Part shown: piece after piece, positions 1 to 10,800 of the stretch | Layout of the letters: each line of letters starts with the position of its first letter | How positions within the stretch are numbered: position 1 is the first letter of the stretch | Assembly (NCBI GenBank): GCA_905178155.1 | Contig: CAJINV010000003.1 | Span: 4,499,863 to 4,563,862 of the forward strand | Reading direction: 5' to 3' | Length of the DNA: 64,000 nt | DNA from: Amoebophrya sp. A120 | Taxonomy: Eukaryota > Protista > Dinoflagellata | Position numbers and translations under genes: made by a program | Notes under the pieces: generated by a model | Database searches by the model: none | The model's input: the letters and a program-made list of their open reading frames with translations, nothing else | What the model was told of the DNA's origin: nothing

Positions 1-329
1 CCTTCTGGGTCCGACCAGTTGTCCTCTACGATGCCTGCAAGTGCGTTTTGGTGTAAAGTGATCCAAAACTACTACCGGAATCAGCGGGCGAGAGCTTGTG
101 CTACCAGGTTTCTCCTTAAAGGATGCACTATTGAACAAGACAGCAGGCACAGGGATTTTATAAACATCATCTTCGGCAAGCACGGAATAATGTGGTAGAG
201 GTCGTGTGGGATCAACATATAACAAGTCTTCATTATAGCAGGGGAGCTGGCATCGTCGAGGACATCATCTTCGGAAAGATGCAGAGTCGCTTTTATAATA
301 GTCGCCAAAGTTGTAGTCGAAGCAGTCCC

Positions 330-3300
330 CTAGCAATTAGCAGCAGTAGGATTATTGGAACCTTCCGGGTGCAGGGAATCCGCAACGGAATCGGGGCCTA
401 CCACAAACTGCTTCGGCATGATCTTCGAGATCGCTTTTTGCAGTTTCTTTCGTCGATTATCCGCTGCTACCCACGTGCTGAAGTAGTGGACCTCCTCGGA
501 CTTTCGCGGTGCAGGCGGGCTCGTCCGACTGCTTCGCGGTTGCGTACCCTTTCTTGAAGGGGACGAGGAGGAGGTTGCTCCCTCGCTGGTTGATTCGCGA
601 CCGCGGGAGGATCCGACCCCGGCTGAAGAAGGCGGCGAAAATTCTTCGCTGTCCGGCCCGTCCGATTCTTCTTGCCCGTCCGCCGTGCTGACGTTGCTGC
701 TGCTCACTTCTCGCTTTGGTCCACCTAGGTGGCCAGACTCGCCCTCTTTCCTCTTTTGCTTGCGTTTTCGCGCTTGTCGCTGCGGCGAGGTCTTCGCACC
801 CAACGACCCGCTCCCCTCTGCACTGTCCTCTGCTAGCAACATCGCTCCGTCCTTAGTGTTAACGTCCGAACCAGCTTGCTTCGCGCATTTTTTCTCTGCC
901 GAAGACGCCGCATCTTTATTTCCCGAAGATGATGCCAGTACAGCGTTTTCCGCTCCTGCGGCGAAGTTGTTTTTCTTGTTGCCGTCACATGATGAGTCCT
1001 TCTGGTCCGCCAGCTGCTCGAGCTCGCTACCAGTCTCCTTCGAATCCGTTCTCGGCGAGGCCGCGCATGCGTCCTGCTTGCCCTTTCCTTCGCGCCGCTG
1101 CTTGTACAGCTCGTCCCGGTACAGCCGTTCGTGGGTGACGTAGTCTTCTTGCGCCGCCTCCGAAATCGGCATGTCGAGATGCAGGGCCATCTTCTTCCGC
1201 ACGTTCTCCGCGTACAATTCTGGATCCTCCTTCTCCTGCTCACTCGGGTGGTACACCTTGAGCACCTTGATCTGCATCCGGTTTGCGAACTGGCAGCAGG
1301 TGCGGAAAAACAGCATGTCCATGTTGTTGCCCCCGCAGGCCGCTCCCGTCCAGCACGGGTTGTAGTGGTAATACGGGAACCGGATATCAAATGCAAAAAT
1401 GTCTGGGTCTGGAAAAACTCAACTTGTGATGCTGCATTTGGATGTCTAAAAAATTTGTGTTGCATGAGCAGCAAAAGGAGTGTAATTTTTGCTACGCGGA
1501 GAGGGCATTTGTCATGCGGAATAGGCATCAAGAGTCTCAGTCTCTTATAGAAAATTGTGATGCTAGGGCATGCATCATAGACATCATGGCTCATGCAAAC
1601 CGTGCGTGACAAGTCTCGGAATCTTCCAGACCCAGACATTTTTACAGTTGATACCGGAAGCACACGGGCTGCACGGGCGCGCCGGGCGTGAAGGCGCCCT
1701 TCTTGAACTTCAGCATGGCGATGTTGTTGCCCGTGGTGCCCTCGGGGAAAATCATCAGCTGGCTCGCGTTATCAAATGTAAAAATGTCTGGGTCTGGAAG
1801 CGTTGGAACTTGTGATGCAAACTCTGGAACACACAAAAATTTGTGTTGCATGGGCGCCAAAAGCTGTCCATTTCTTGGCACGCAAGTAGGCAGTTTCTCA
1901 TGCGTGACAGGCATCATGTGGCGTGCTCAAAACCTGTGATGCTTTTGCCTGCATCAGACGCCATTAGCGTGATCCGAAATATGCATGACAAATCTCGCAA
2001 TCTTCCAGACCCAGACATTTTTACATTTGATACGCGTTCGGGTCGTTGGTGCGACGCTTGATCTCGAGCAGCGTGTTCTTCTTCGCCTCGGGGTCCCCGC
2101 TATGCATTGCAAATATGTCTGGGTCTGGAAACTTGTCATGCAAGGAAGGGAAGAGTGAGCACTCTGTAATGCGCTGCACAGCATGGCAAGTTTTTCCGTG
2201 GTTCTGAGTTTCGTACTCCGCATGAAAAACTGCATTTTTGCACGACAGGCGAGAGGAGCTCTTCGCGGCCACGCAATACAGATTTCAGAGTCATACCGGA
2301 CCAGCATGGCAAATATCGCAATTTCCCAAACTCAGACATATTTACATTTGATACTTGCTGACAATCACCGCCCGTGCGGCGTTGACCACCTGCGGAAACC
2401 CCGGGAACGCCAGGTTGTTATCCTGAGTAAAAACGTACCCACACCAGAGTTGTAGTGCAGATTTGCGAGGACAGACGGACTTGTAATGCGCATCCCCATG
2501 AGAGCCATTTCCAGTCGTGTTTTGGAATTTGTGATGCTAAAACAACCGCACCGACATTGCCATTGTCCATTATCGCTGGGGAGGCAAGCCTCCGCAGGCG
2601 CTGGAGCGGCATAGGGTCAGAACCGCGAAAACATCGCGAGTATTTGGAATTTGTGATGCTGTGAACAGGGTGAGCAGATGAATCTGTGATGCGGCTGCAC
2701 TTGCTAACCTGCACTACACTGCATAGTGCAACTTGTCATGCGTGACTCACAAAACTCCTAGGTTTGTGTTGCAAAATCCTCATCCTGACTCTGGTGTGGG
2801 TACGTTTTTACTCAGGATAGTTGTTCACCGAACTCACGAAACTGCAGCCGCCGGACTTGAAGAACAGCATCACCACCTCCCAAATGCAGGGGTGGTTGGA
2901 CACCAAAATCTTGGCCGACTTGTCAAACCGCCCGTCCTGGTCGATCCGGAAATAGCACATCCAAAACATCATCGAACGCGCGCAAAGCGTGCCCAGCTGA
3001 AACCAAATTCGAAACCTGGGTTGATTGAAGTACTTGTAAAATAGACGAGAAGTAGTACTCACTCGGTAATTCTTGACGTCATGATTTCAGTCCAGATTCA
3101 AAAGAAGCAGGCGGCTACAGTAGAATTCCTAATGGATTTGCTCGTCCTTGAAAAAGAAAAAGAGAAACTGCTAAAGCCAACGCAGGCCGACAAAAAATAT
3201 CCAACCAATCTTATAGATACCAGAGGGTCTCATGTGGTTGCCAGACGGCCACGCAAAGGCAGAAGATGCCAAGGAAGCAACTGATTATGGTAAACAGGAA

Positions 3301-3979
3301 TCGCACCACTGCAATCCCGGACAGGCCGAAGAAAACCATCTTCGCGATTTCGTAGGACGTCAGCGGTGTGTCGTAGTAAAAAGCCATGTCTTTCCCAACC
3401 CTCTTCAATTTGGTTTGGTCTTCCCCGAGTTCCTCATCGGCATTGGTCCGGATACTGGAGACAAACCGCAAGCCCATCAATGCCCGCCAGTGCTCGAGAA
3501 AATAGAGAAAGAACTGGAAGAGTACTACCAGGATCAAATACCGCCAAAGAAAGGTCCCGACGAATCCTGCCTCGGGCTTTACTGGCGGAAACAGGCTCTG
3601 CATCAGATCCGCGGCACGTGCCTGTGGATGTCATAAAGAAAGTAGTTGAGTACTTTGTTAATTACGTCCAAACAGATTGCTTTAATGGACGCGATTGTAG
3701 ATCTAGATTTCTCTATTGGATACAAAATGAAAACCACGTTCCCAGAACTTCTGCCAATGAAACCAACAAAACAAAAATTGGTACCTCCATGCCTTCCAGG
3801 ACGAGGCGGCGAAAGGCTTCGGCACTAGAAACTGGCATATGGACAAACTCTGCCTGCGAAATGACTCCGTTACCATCGGTGTCGATCTCTTGGAACAAGG
3901 TCAACAGCACTTCTTCCATACGAGACTCCACGAAACTTGCGGCATCCGCCGCTGCATTGTGAATCCAATCTGTCGCCAT
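330..3979 (-). CDS. Lysophospholipid acyltransferase (LPCAT/LPEAT-like, PlsC family) with N-terminal EF-hand; 7 exons, ~691 aa
   Basis: Exons 3979-3785, 3621-3221, 3015-2820, 2413-2354, 2095-2033, 1764-1654, 1379-330 join in frame (2076 nt). Motifs: EF-hand [37 protein letters not shown]. Two GT-AG introns and four TIR-element introns. Confidence 0.85.
1385..1653. mobile_element. Introner-like TIR element, family A (269 bp), 5-bp TSD CCGGA
   Basis: TATCAAATGCAAAAATGTCTGGGTCTGGAA ... TTCCAGACCCAGACATTTTTACAGTTGATA; CCGGA at 1380-1384 and 1654-1658; removal gives [15 protein letters not shown]. Confidence 0.95.
1770..2032. mobile_element. Introner-like TIR element, family A (263 bp), 5-bp TSD CGCGT
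   Basis: Perfect ~31-bp TIR TATCAAATGTAAAAATGTCTGGGTCTGGAAG; CGCGT at 1765-1769 and 2033-2037; removal gives [15 protein letters not shown]. Confidence 0.95.
2101..2353. mobile_element. Introner-like TIR element, diverged family A (253 bp)
   Basis: TATGCATTGCAAATATGTCTGGGTCTGGAA ... TTCCCAAACTCAGACATATTTACATTTGATA; flanks CCCGC/CTTGC (decayed TSD); frame restored on removal. Confidence 0.85.
2419..2819. mobile_element. Introner-like TIR element, family B (401 bp), 5-bp TSD GTTGT
   Basis: Perfect TIR TATCCTGAGTAAAAACGTACCCACACCAGAGT; GTTGT at 2414-2418 and 2820-2824; removal gives [15 protein letters not shown]. Confidence 0.95.
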
Positions 3980-4865
3980 GGTGATGAAGCGCCTTGGTCG
4001 TCACGTGAAGGGTGTTTACATGATTTGGGATCGAAATAAAACTGTCAGGTGAATGTACCGTCTCCACAATTTGTTTTTGTTTTCCCCGGTCTTCATAACA
4101 ATCTAGGGCTGGAGTTCCGGCGGCTCTCGTTTTTCTTTTTAAGGCGAGCCATGAACTTTATTACCCTAGTCAAAGGGAGACTACTCGTGCTAGGCTCCGG
4201 CTCCGAGTGAAGTTTCTAGCCTTGAATTCTTAGCTTCTTTTTCTTTTTTTGATGGAGCAGGTGAAAAAGTAGCTCTTTTCTCAAACAAAAAAAAGCACCT
4301 CCTTAAAAAAAGCCGACCTGGTGAGGAATGATAGCGATAAATCACAGTTTACCACGTGGACCGACAATGGATGCATCTGATGCTGACACGAGATCCAATG
4401 ATCGCTGAGATCTCTTCAATTTTCTTGCGGATCCTTTGACAGCAATCTTTCTATCATAGTGCTGTTTTTAAAAATTTTTCAATGCGAACATTTGATTTTC
4501 TGAAAAATCACAGATTAATGGTGACAATTTGCTCATGTAGCATCTCAGAGCGAAATGGAATACGAATTCGAATACCAAAAGTGAAAAATACACATGAATG
4601 TCTGTCAGCTGTACGCCAGAGGTACAGGGATACACAAAGTGCGTGTCAGAATCCAACTTGATATACATTTTCCTCAACGGTCGCGCAAAATTACAACAAA
4701 GCCACGACTGGCAATGATAAGCTCTCAAAAACACTACTCAACACAACAACTGTACTAGCGATGACTATGTATTAACTTTGGAATAAACTGTGAAAACTCA
4801 AAACCGAAAAGCAAAAGATACTTTCAACATGGGACGAAATAAACTATTTTACAACTCAAATACTT

Positions 4866-7800
4866 TTATGTGAGTGTCTGATCAGCAGTGGTGTTCCGCG
4901 CCCCTGAGAGGACACCGGCCATACTGGAGATTGTACGCGGTTGCTCTGTGACCGTGCGAATGACGTGGCTTTTCACCTTCGTGAGCCGGCGATTCGTCGC
5001 GAACTTCTTGTCCCCGGGCTCGGAGCGTTCCTTAACCTTCCCCACGCACGTTCCGTCGATCACCACTGCACCGCTCCCACGCTGATTGGCCGCGGTCGGC
5101 TCGGCGTCCGGTTGGAATTTCGTCGACCGGAACTGCGCTGCTGATTCCGTCGTGTACATCCCCTCGATCGCATGATCCTGCATGCCCCGCGCGGGCGCCT
5201 CCTCGAACAATTTCCTCGTGAGAGACACGCTCCCGTTCGCCAGGGTCCGCGTCCCGCGGCGCGTGTTGGTCTTTCCCGTCGCTGCGATCAAGCGCTCCTC
5301 CTCCCCCGTCAGCCCGGTCGGGGAGGACCGGTTGAGTTTTGATGTAATTCTCCCGTCGTGCTCAGTAGATCTAGAAATAGCTTGCTGCACTTGCGCGAAG
5401 TTGTGGCCCGCGGACTGCGTTCGTCTCAAGTTCAGCCGTTCCATGTCGTAGTTCTGCTGTTTGTCGTACACCGACCGGTATAATCTTTTCGTTTCTGCGC
5501 TGGTGGGCGACCGGCCGAGCACGTCGTGGGAATCCCGTTCGCCGCAGACGATCCCGCCGAAAAGACGGACTTCGTACGGGTCCCAAGGCAGGTGGTACAT
5601 CGGGGACTTGGGTAACCGCACCCGGCGCTCCTCCATTTCGCGGCTCGTCATGAACCGCCGGCTCTTCACGTCGTCGCCGGGCGCGTTTTTGAGGTGCGGC
5701 TTCCGGTGCGGGGGAATCGTGGTGAAGTACTTGTCGTCCACGAAGTTCTCCTCCGTCTTGTCGTAGAAGGGCGCGTACTTTCCGTCATACAGGCCGGCGT
5801 AGGCTCGCGGTTCGGTCCAGACCTCGCCCTGAGTCGTCTCCTCGCCCAGTCGAGAGACGAAATAGGGATACTTGTCCCGGTCCGTGGTCTTCTCGCTACT
5901 TTCGCCGACGACCTTGTCGTCGTACTTCCAGCGCTGCCGCATGTTTGCGTCGCGCGTGCCGGGCTGCGATCGGGTGCGCAGCTGCTTCGCTTCCTGGGTA
6001 GTCATCACCTGCGCCCGCGCCTGGTAGGGTTTCAAATTCAGCGAGCTACCCCAGGGGCGCTCCCAGGCGACAAGTCGTGTCGAAGGAGGCTGCAAGACGT
6101 TCTTCATTTTCTTGTCGTGCTGTTGATGACCCTGTTGTTCTAATTCATCTACTTCCGCAACACTTGTCCGCGAACGGTTCGCCCGCTGTTGTCTGCGCAG
6201 CTCTTCATCTTCTTGCGCGTTTATTTGTTTATCTGCCTCCCTGGTCTCCTGCTGGTCGCGGTGAATAGGCGTAGAGACGCCGGCCGTAGGACTGGGAGGG
6301 TGCTGCTCAGCCCGGAGCGTTGCGGCGTTTTGCGAGTTGTAGAACCGATTTCGGGGTTTCTCGGATTTCACAAACGTCGTCGAAATCTTGTCCATGCCGT
6401 TCGACAAGTCTTTTTCAAGCGCGTGGCGCAGACGCTCTCGCTTCGGCTGATGAGACAGGGGTAGCGGGGCTGATTCATTAGTAGTGGTATTTCGTTGCAG
6501 CTCGTCGCTCGTGTCCAGGGCAGAGCAAGAGGCGCTGCTTGGCAGCTGCTGGCGCTCCGGCTTCATGAACAAGCTGGAGTATGCCGCTCCCTGAGCCTTC
6601 AAGAATTCCTCGTCTCCCGGGCGAAGCATATTCGGATCTACCCCCCGCCGACCAGAGGGCGCAACGTCCGTGATTTTTTTCGTCAGGTGCTGCGTATCGT
6701 GCTCGTACGTGGAGAGAGACGCGTGCTGTTCCTCTTCCGCGCCACCGTGGTCTTGTTCCAGTTCCGAAGGATCGGTTTTTCGTCCCGGAGAACTTGTAGC
6801 ACTAGCGCCTCGGCTAGACATCTTTCTGCTCTTCTTGTGCTTTTCTTGCTTCTCGGCATGAAGATTCTTGTTGTGCTCGGCCGCTTCCGTGTTTACAATC
6901 GTACGCTCGGGACTCACCTGGTTCCGTCGCATCGCGTGCGTGGAGTGGAAGCTTCGTTTGTTGTTCGCTCGACGGGCGGGGTCGTGGCCCCAGATCAAGT
7001 CTTCGTCGGTTGCGACGCGTGGGCGGTGCGCGGTTTGACTTTCTACTTGAGATGTTATTGGGAACTGTGCCTGCTCCTCAGCATCTTGCTTAGCGTCCAA
7101 CGCAAAAGCTATCTGTCTCTTCTGGCCCCCTTGGCCGCGCGCATGAATATCGTCAACCCCGGACGACGAGTCCGACCCGCGTGCACTCATCTCCGCGTGA
7201 CGATCAGAGTGCGCCAGATGAACAACGGGCTGCTGACGCCCGCCCCGCAGCCGAGGTTCGTTCCGGCCGCGTGCTCCTGCATCTGCCTCTACTTCCTCCT
7301 GGCCACCTTCTCCGAAATTTTCCCGCCGAAAATCCTCCTGATCGGCGTCCAGGGGCGTCACCTCTTCCCAACCATCGGAGAGGGCCTCCTCGGCGCCAAT
7401 GCACTGCACCCGCTCCCGCACGCCCTTGTTTTTTATCTTCTGCAGCTTGCGCGTCAACTGGTCCTTCTCCTTGGCGGGCGCGACGTTTTTGGACTTCTCG
7501 TCCACCGTGTAGCCAGCCCGGAGCTTCTCGTGGTGCTCGCTGTTCTCTTGGAGCAGAATCAGATTGCCCTCCTCGTTCAGCGTGACATCCACGGTGCTTT
7601 CCAGCAGGTTGTTTGGGGGCTTCCACATGTACACTTTGTCGCCCTCCTCGGCGTCGTCGTTCCACGCCCCAAAAGAGCACCGCTTCAGGGCGTCCTCTCG
7701 TTCGTCAATGTCCTGCTGCACGAGCGTACTCCGCAATCGTGCGATTTTCGCACTGGACAAAGTCCGCGCAGGCTGTTTCTGCGTGCTCGAAGTTGTCGTA

Positions 7801-10800
7801 TAATCGGCAGGGAGAGAAGTTGTAGAAGAAGATGGCGCCAGGCCCAAAGCCTTCTCGTCTGCTGCCGCGCCCGCGAAAATCCTCTCCATTTCCGGCGCGA
7901 GGGAGCCGGCCACGGAGTCAGAGGATTTTGAAATCAACCCTCGGCGCCGCGCATACTCCTTGTCTTCCAGCTGCTGCTGATCCGTGCGCCTGGTCGCGGC
8001 ACCCAGCGACGCGAGGTAAGGCTTCTTGACATTGCTTTCCTCCGGATGGAGACAGACCCACTCGGTCAACGTCGCCCCCGGGCTCGCCCGGTGGTTCACG
8101 CGATTCTTGGCATGGTCCTGCTGCGGATTCAGCATCGACTGCTCCAAGGAATACATCGGGTCCACCAAGCGCGCGTAGGCCTCGGGGTCCCGGGCGACCA
8201 TGGCCTTCAGGCGCGACATGTTCTCCAGGTCCTTGTACTCCTTCACGGACGCCGGAAGCTCCGTCACGTGCCGTGCGGTCTTCTCGCGGAAGGACAGCTT
8301 GCGCTGCCGCTTCTCGCGAATCTTCTGCCGCAGCTGCTCCGGCTGCATGTCTTGTGGGATCACGGTCAATCCAAGTTGTGCGCCCATCCGACACAGATTC
8401 GGCGGCCTTTCGCGCGTCAGTTCGTCGCCGAGCACCTCCTGGGCACCGTACTGCTCCAACGGCCCCCCGGGGCCGTAAAGTTCCTTCGCCTTTTCTGCGT
8501 TCATGGGCCGACGGTCGAAGATTTCGGGCACGGCCTTTTCGTACAAATTTCCGTTCGCATCCACACGCACGAGCTCGTTCTTGCTGCTCGTTAGCAACTT
8601 GGTGCGCGTGTGCAGCGGCAAACGCACGGCATGCCCAAACTCGGAGGCCCGGAATTCAAACATGTGCTCTCGCAGGCGTTGAAACTTTTTCCGCTGCCAC
8701 AAGTGCAGCAGCTCGTCCGAGATGTCATCCGGGTAATCGTGGGGAACCAAGAGCGGCCGCTGCTGCAGGCGTTTAGCTTTCGCCAAGCCCTTTTCCAATG
8801 CGCGCTCGCGCCGTTGGCGGGCGCACGTCTCCACTACCTCGGCGTCCGCTTGCTGCCTCTTGTCGAAGAGAGCTTGGTCGATGACCACGTGCCCGGGTTT
8901 CAGAGTGGTCTGTTCGCGCGTCAAAGTGGCAAACTCGTCCCGCTTTCGCTTGGTCAGTTCCGCGTCCGAAGTGATGTAGTTCGCGAGCGCGGTGGCGGAC
9001 CGGGACCGCCGCACTGCGGGGTGCCAGCCGTACGCATCGTCGTAGCTCGTCCGAGGAACCACGTGGGTGGCGCAGATGAATCCCGGGTCCTCGTCGTGCA
9101 CCGAATCGGACTGCTGCAGCTCCCGCAGGGATTGGTGGATGCGCGGCGGAGCAGTGTTCTCAACGGACTCCCACTCTTCGGGCACTTCCTCCAAAGGCGG
9201 CAGGTCTTCGCCCGGGCCGATTCCCGTAGCGACCGAGGTAGAGGTGCGTGCGTGCGCGGAGCGGAGCCCGCTGCGAGGTCTCCCGGCCACGCGCTCGAGC
9301 GGGTACTCGGGTTTGTGGTCATCATCAGCCGCATGACCCGCAGCCCCTGTAGATTCTGTGCTAGATGGCGCAAAAGCCCTCTCTTCTACTGGCTTGGTTT
9401 CTTTCTCCCGCGTTTTCGTATTTGCACCACCACGCAACCGACCGGTTGTTCGCTTGGAAGTTCTTTGGGAATCTGTCTCGTGCAGAATTCCCTGTAGGAA
9501 AGTTGACCTGGCAGAAGTGCCAGCAGTTGCCGAAGATTGCTTGCTGGTCGTGCCAGAAACTACAACTCCGCTTTTGTGGCTCAAGCGCGCTTCCAGCGGT
9601 GTGATGTTCGATTCGTTACTGCGCAACGAGGCCACGGACTCGACATCGTGCTGATGTTCGCCCTTCTTGTTCTTGTTGCCCGCCGCGGCCCTGCGTCCTC
9701 CTCGCAGCTTCGGTTGGAATTCCAACTTTCTATTGCTCTGCTTCGAAGTTACCAACCTTGCGCTTTTCGTCGTCTTGCCCACATACGAGCGGATCTGCAT
9801 TTCTGCATCACCCCGGCGGAGACGGTTCTTCAAATCCGCCTGAACTTCGTTTACACTCGTTCCCTCCGGGACCGTAATGCCCGCGTTTGCCTCATCGGCC
9901 AGAAACCGGGCATCCGACAATGCACCCTGTTCTTGTAGTTCCGCTTCCTGATCATTGCGCCGGAGTAGCTCCCTGCGCAATTCCTGTTCTTTCCGAAGCT
10001 GGTTGCACACGTGCACGCGACGCCGCTGCTCGCCGGGCTTGCCACGGGGACCCTGTTGCGGAAATTTGCGATCAGGCACTCGGGTATTGCGGAGTTCCAG
10101 CGATTCGCGCTCGTGCAGTTCCAAGCGACTCGGAACGTCAGCGTTATCACGATACGTGGTTTTTCGACTACAGGGCGCATCCGGGACGGTTGTAAGTCGG
10201 TTGACAACGCCCTCGGCACCGAACAACAGACCGTGCTGATCCACAGCGGAGGCCTGATTTCGCTCCCCCGCGTGGGAAGCGTCGGCCTCCGCATTTTCGC
10301 GATGCATGGTCTCCGCAGCCTCCTCGATACGACCCATGGCCCTTGAGTGAAAGCGCACTCGCGCCGACGAAATCGGCGATGCCGGCATGCTCTGTGCGCG
10401 GCCGGAAGTCTTGTAGCTCTCGCCGTACGTTGTCACAAAGCGACCCGCATCTGCCAAGGGGTCCGCAGTCCCGATCGCTGCGCCAGCCTTCTTCACATCC
10501 GGAAAGGCGGCTTGGATGGTGCGCTTTACCGTATCCATTCGGTGTGGGTAAAACAGCACGTGCGTCTTTGGGCGGTTTTGCGCCGCCTGGCGGTTCTCGT
10601 GCATGAACGTGAGAAATGCCTCCTTCGCTTTCGCGGTCGCCTCCGCGTCCTTCGTTTCACCCGCGTACCCACCGCCCACCACGTTCGGATGCTGGCGATG
10701 AGGCGCCACGGGGGTCGCCTTTTCGAAACGCCGCCCAAAGCCTGACCGAGTCTTCAACCTGCGCGCTTGTACACCATCGTCCCGCTTTCGACCCTGCGAC

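Noticed and set aside
81-557. Short ORFs at the window start
   Set aside because: They lie in or antisense to the 3' end and UTR of the acyltransferase gene, with no homology cues.
1385-1653. Tc1/mariner interpretation (TA target duplication)
   Set aside because: A separate, site-specific 5-bp duplication lies outside the TA, so the TA belongs to the TIR.
1385-2353. Regularly spaced AATGTCTGGGTCTGGAA copies as a CRISPR-like array
   Set aside because: The copies are inverted pairs with TSDs inside a eukaryotic gene; the intervening pieces are exons, and there are no cas genes.
2880-2900. HxxxxE instead of HxxxxD as a sign of a dead acyltransferase
   Set aside because: Glu at this position occurs in active LPEAT2-type enzymes, and the other motifs are intact.
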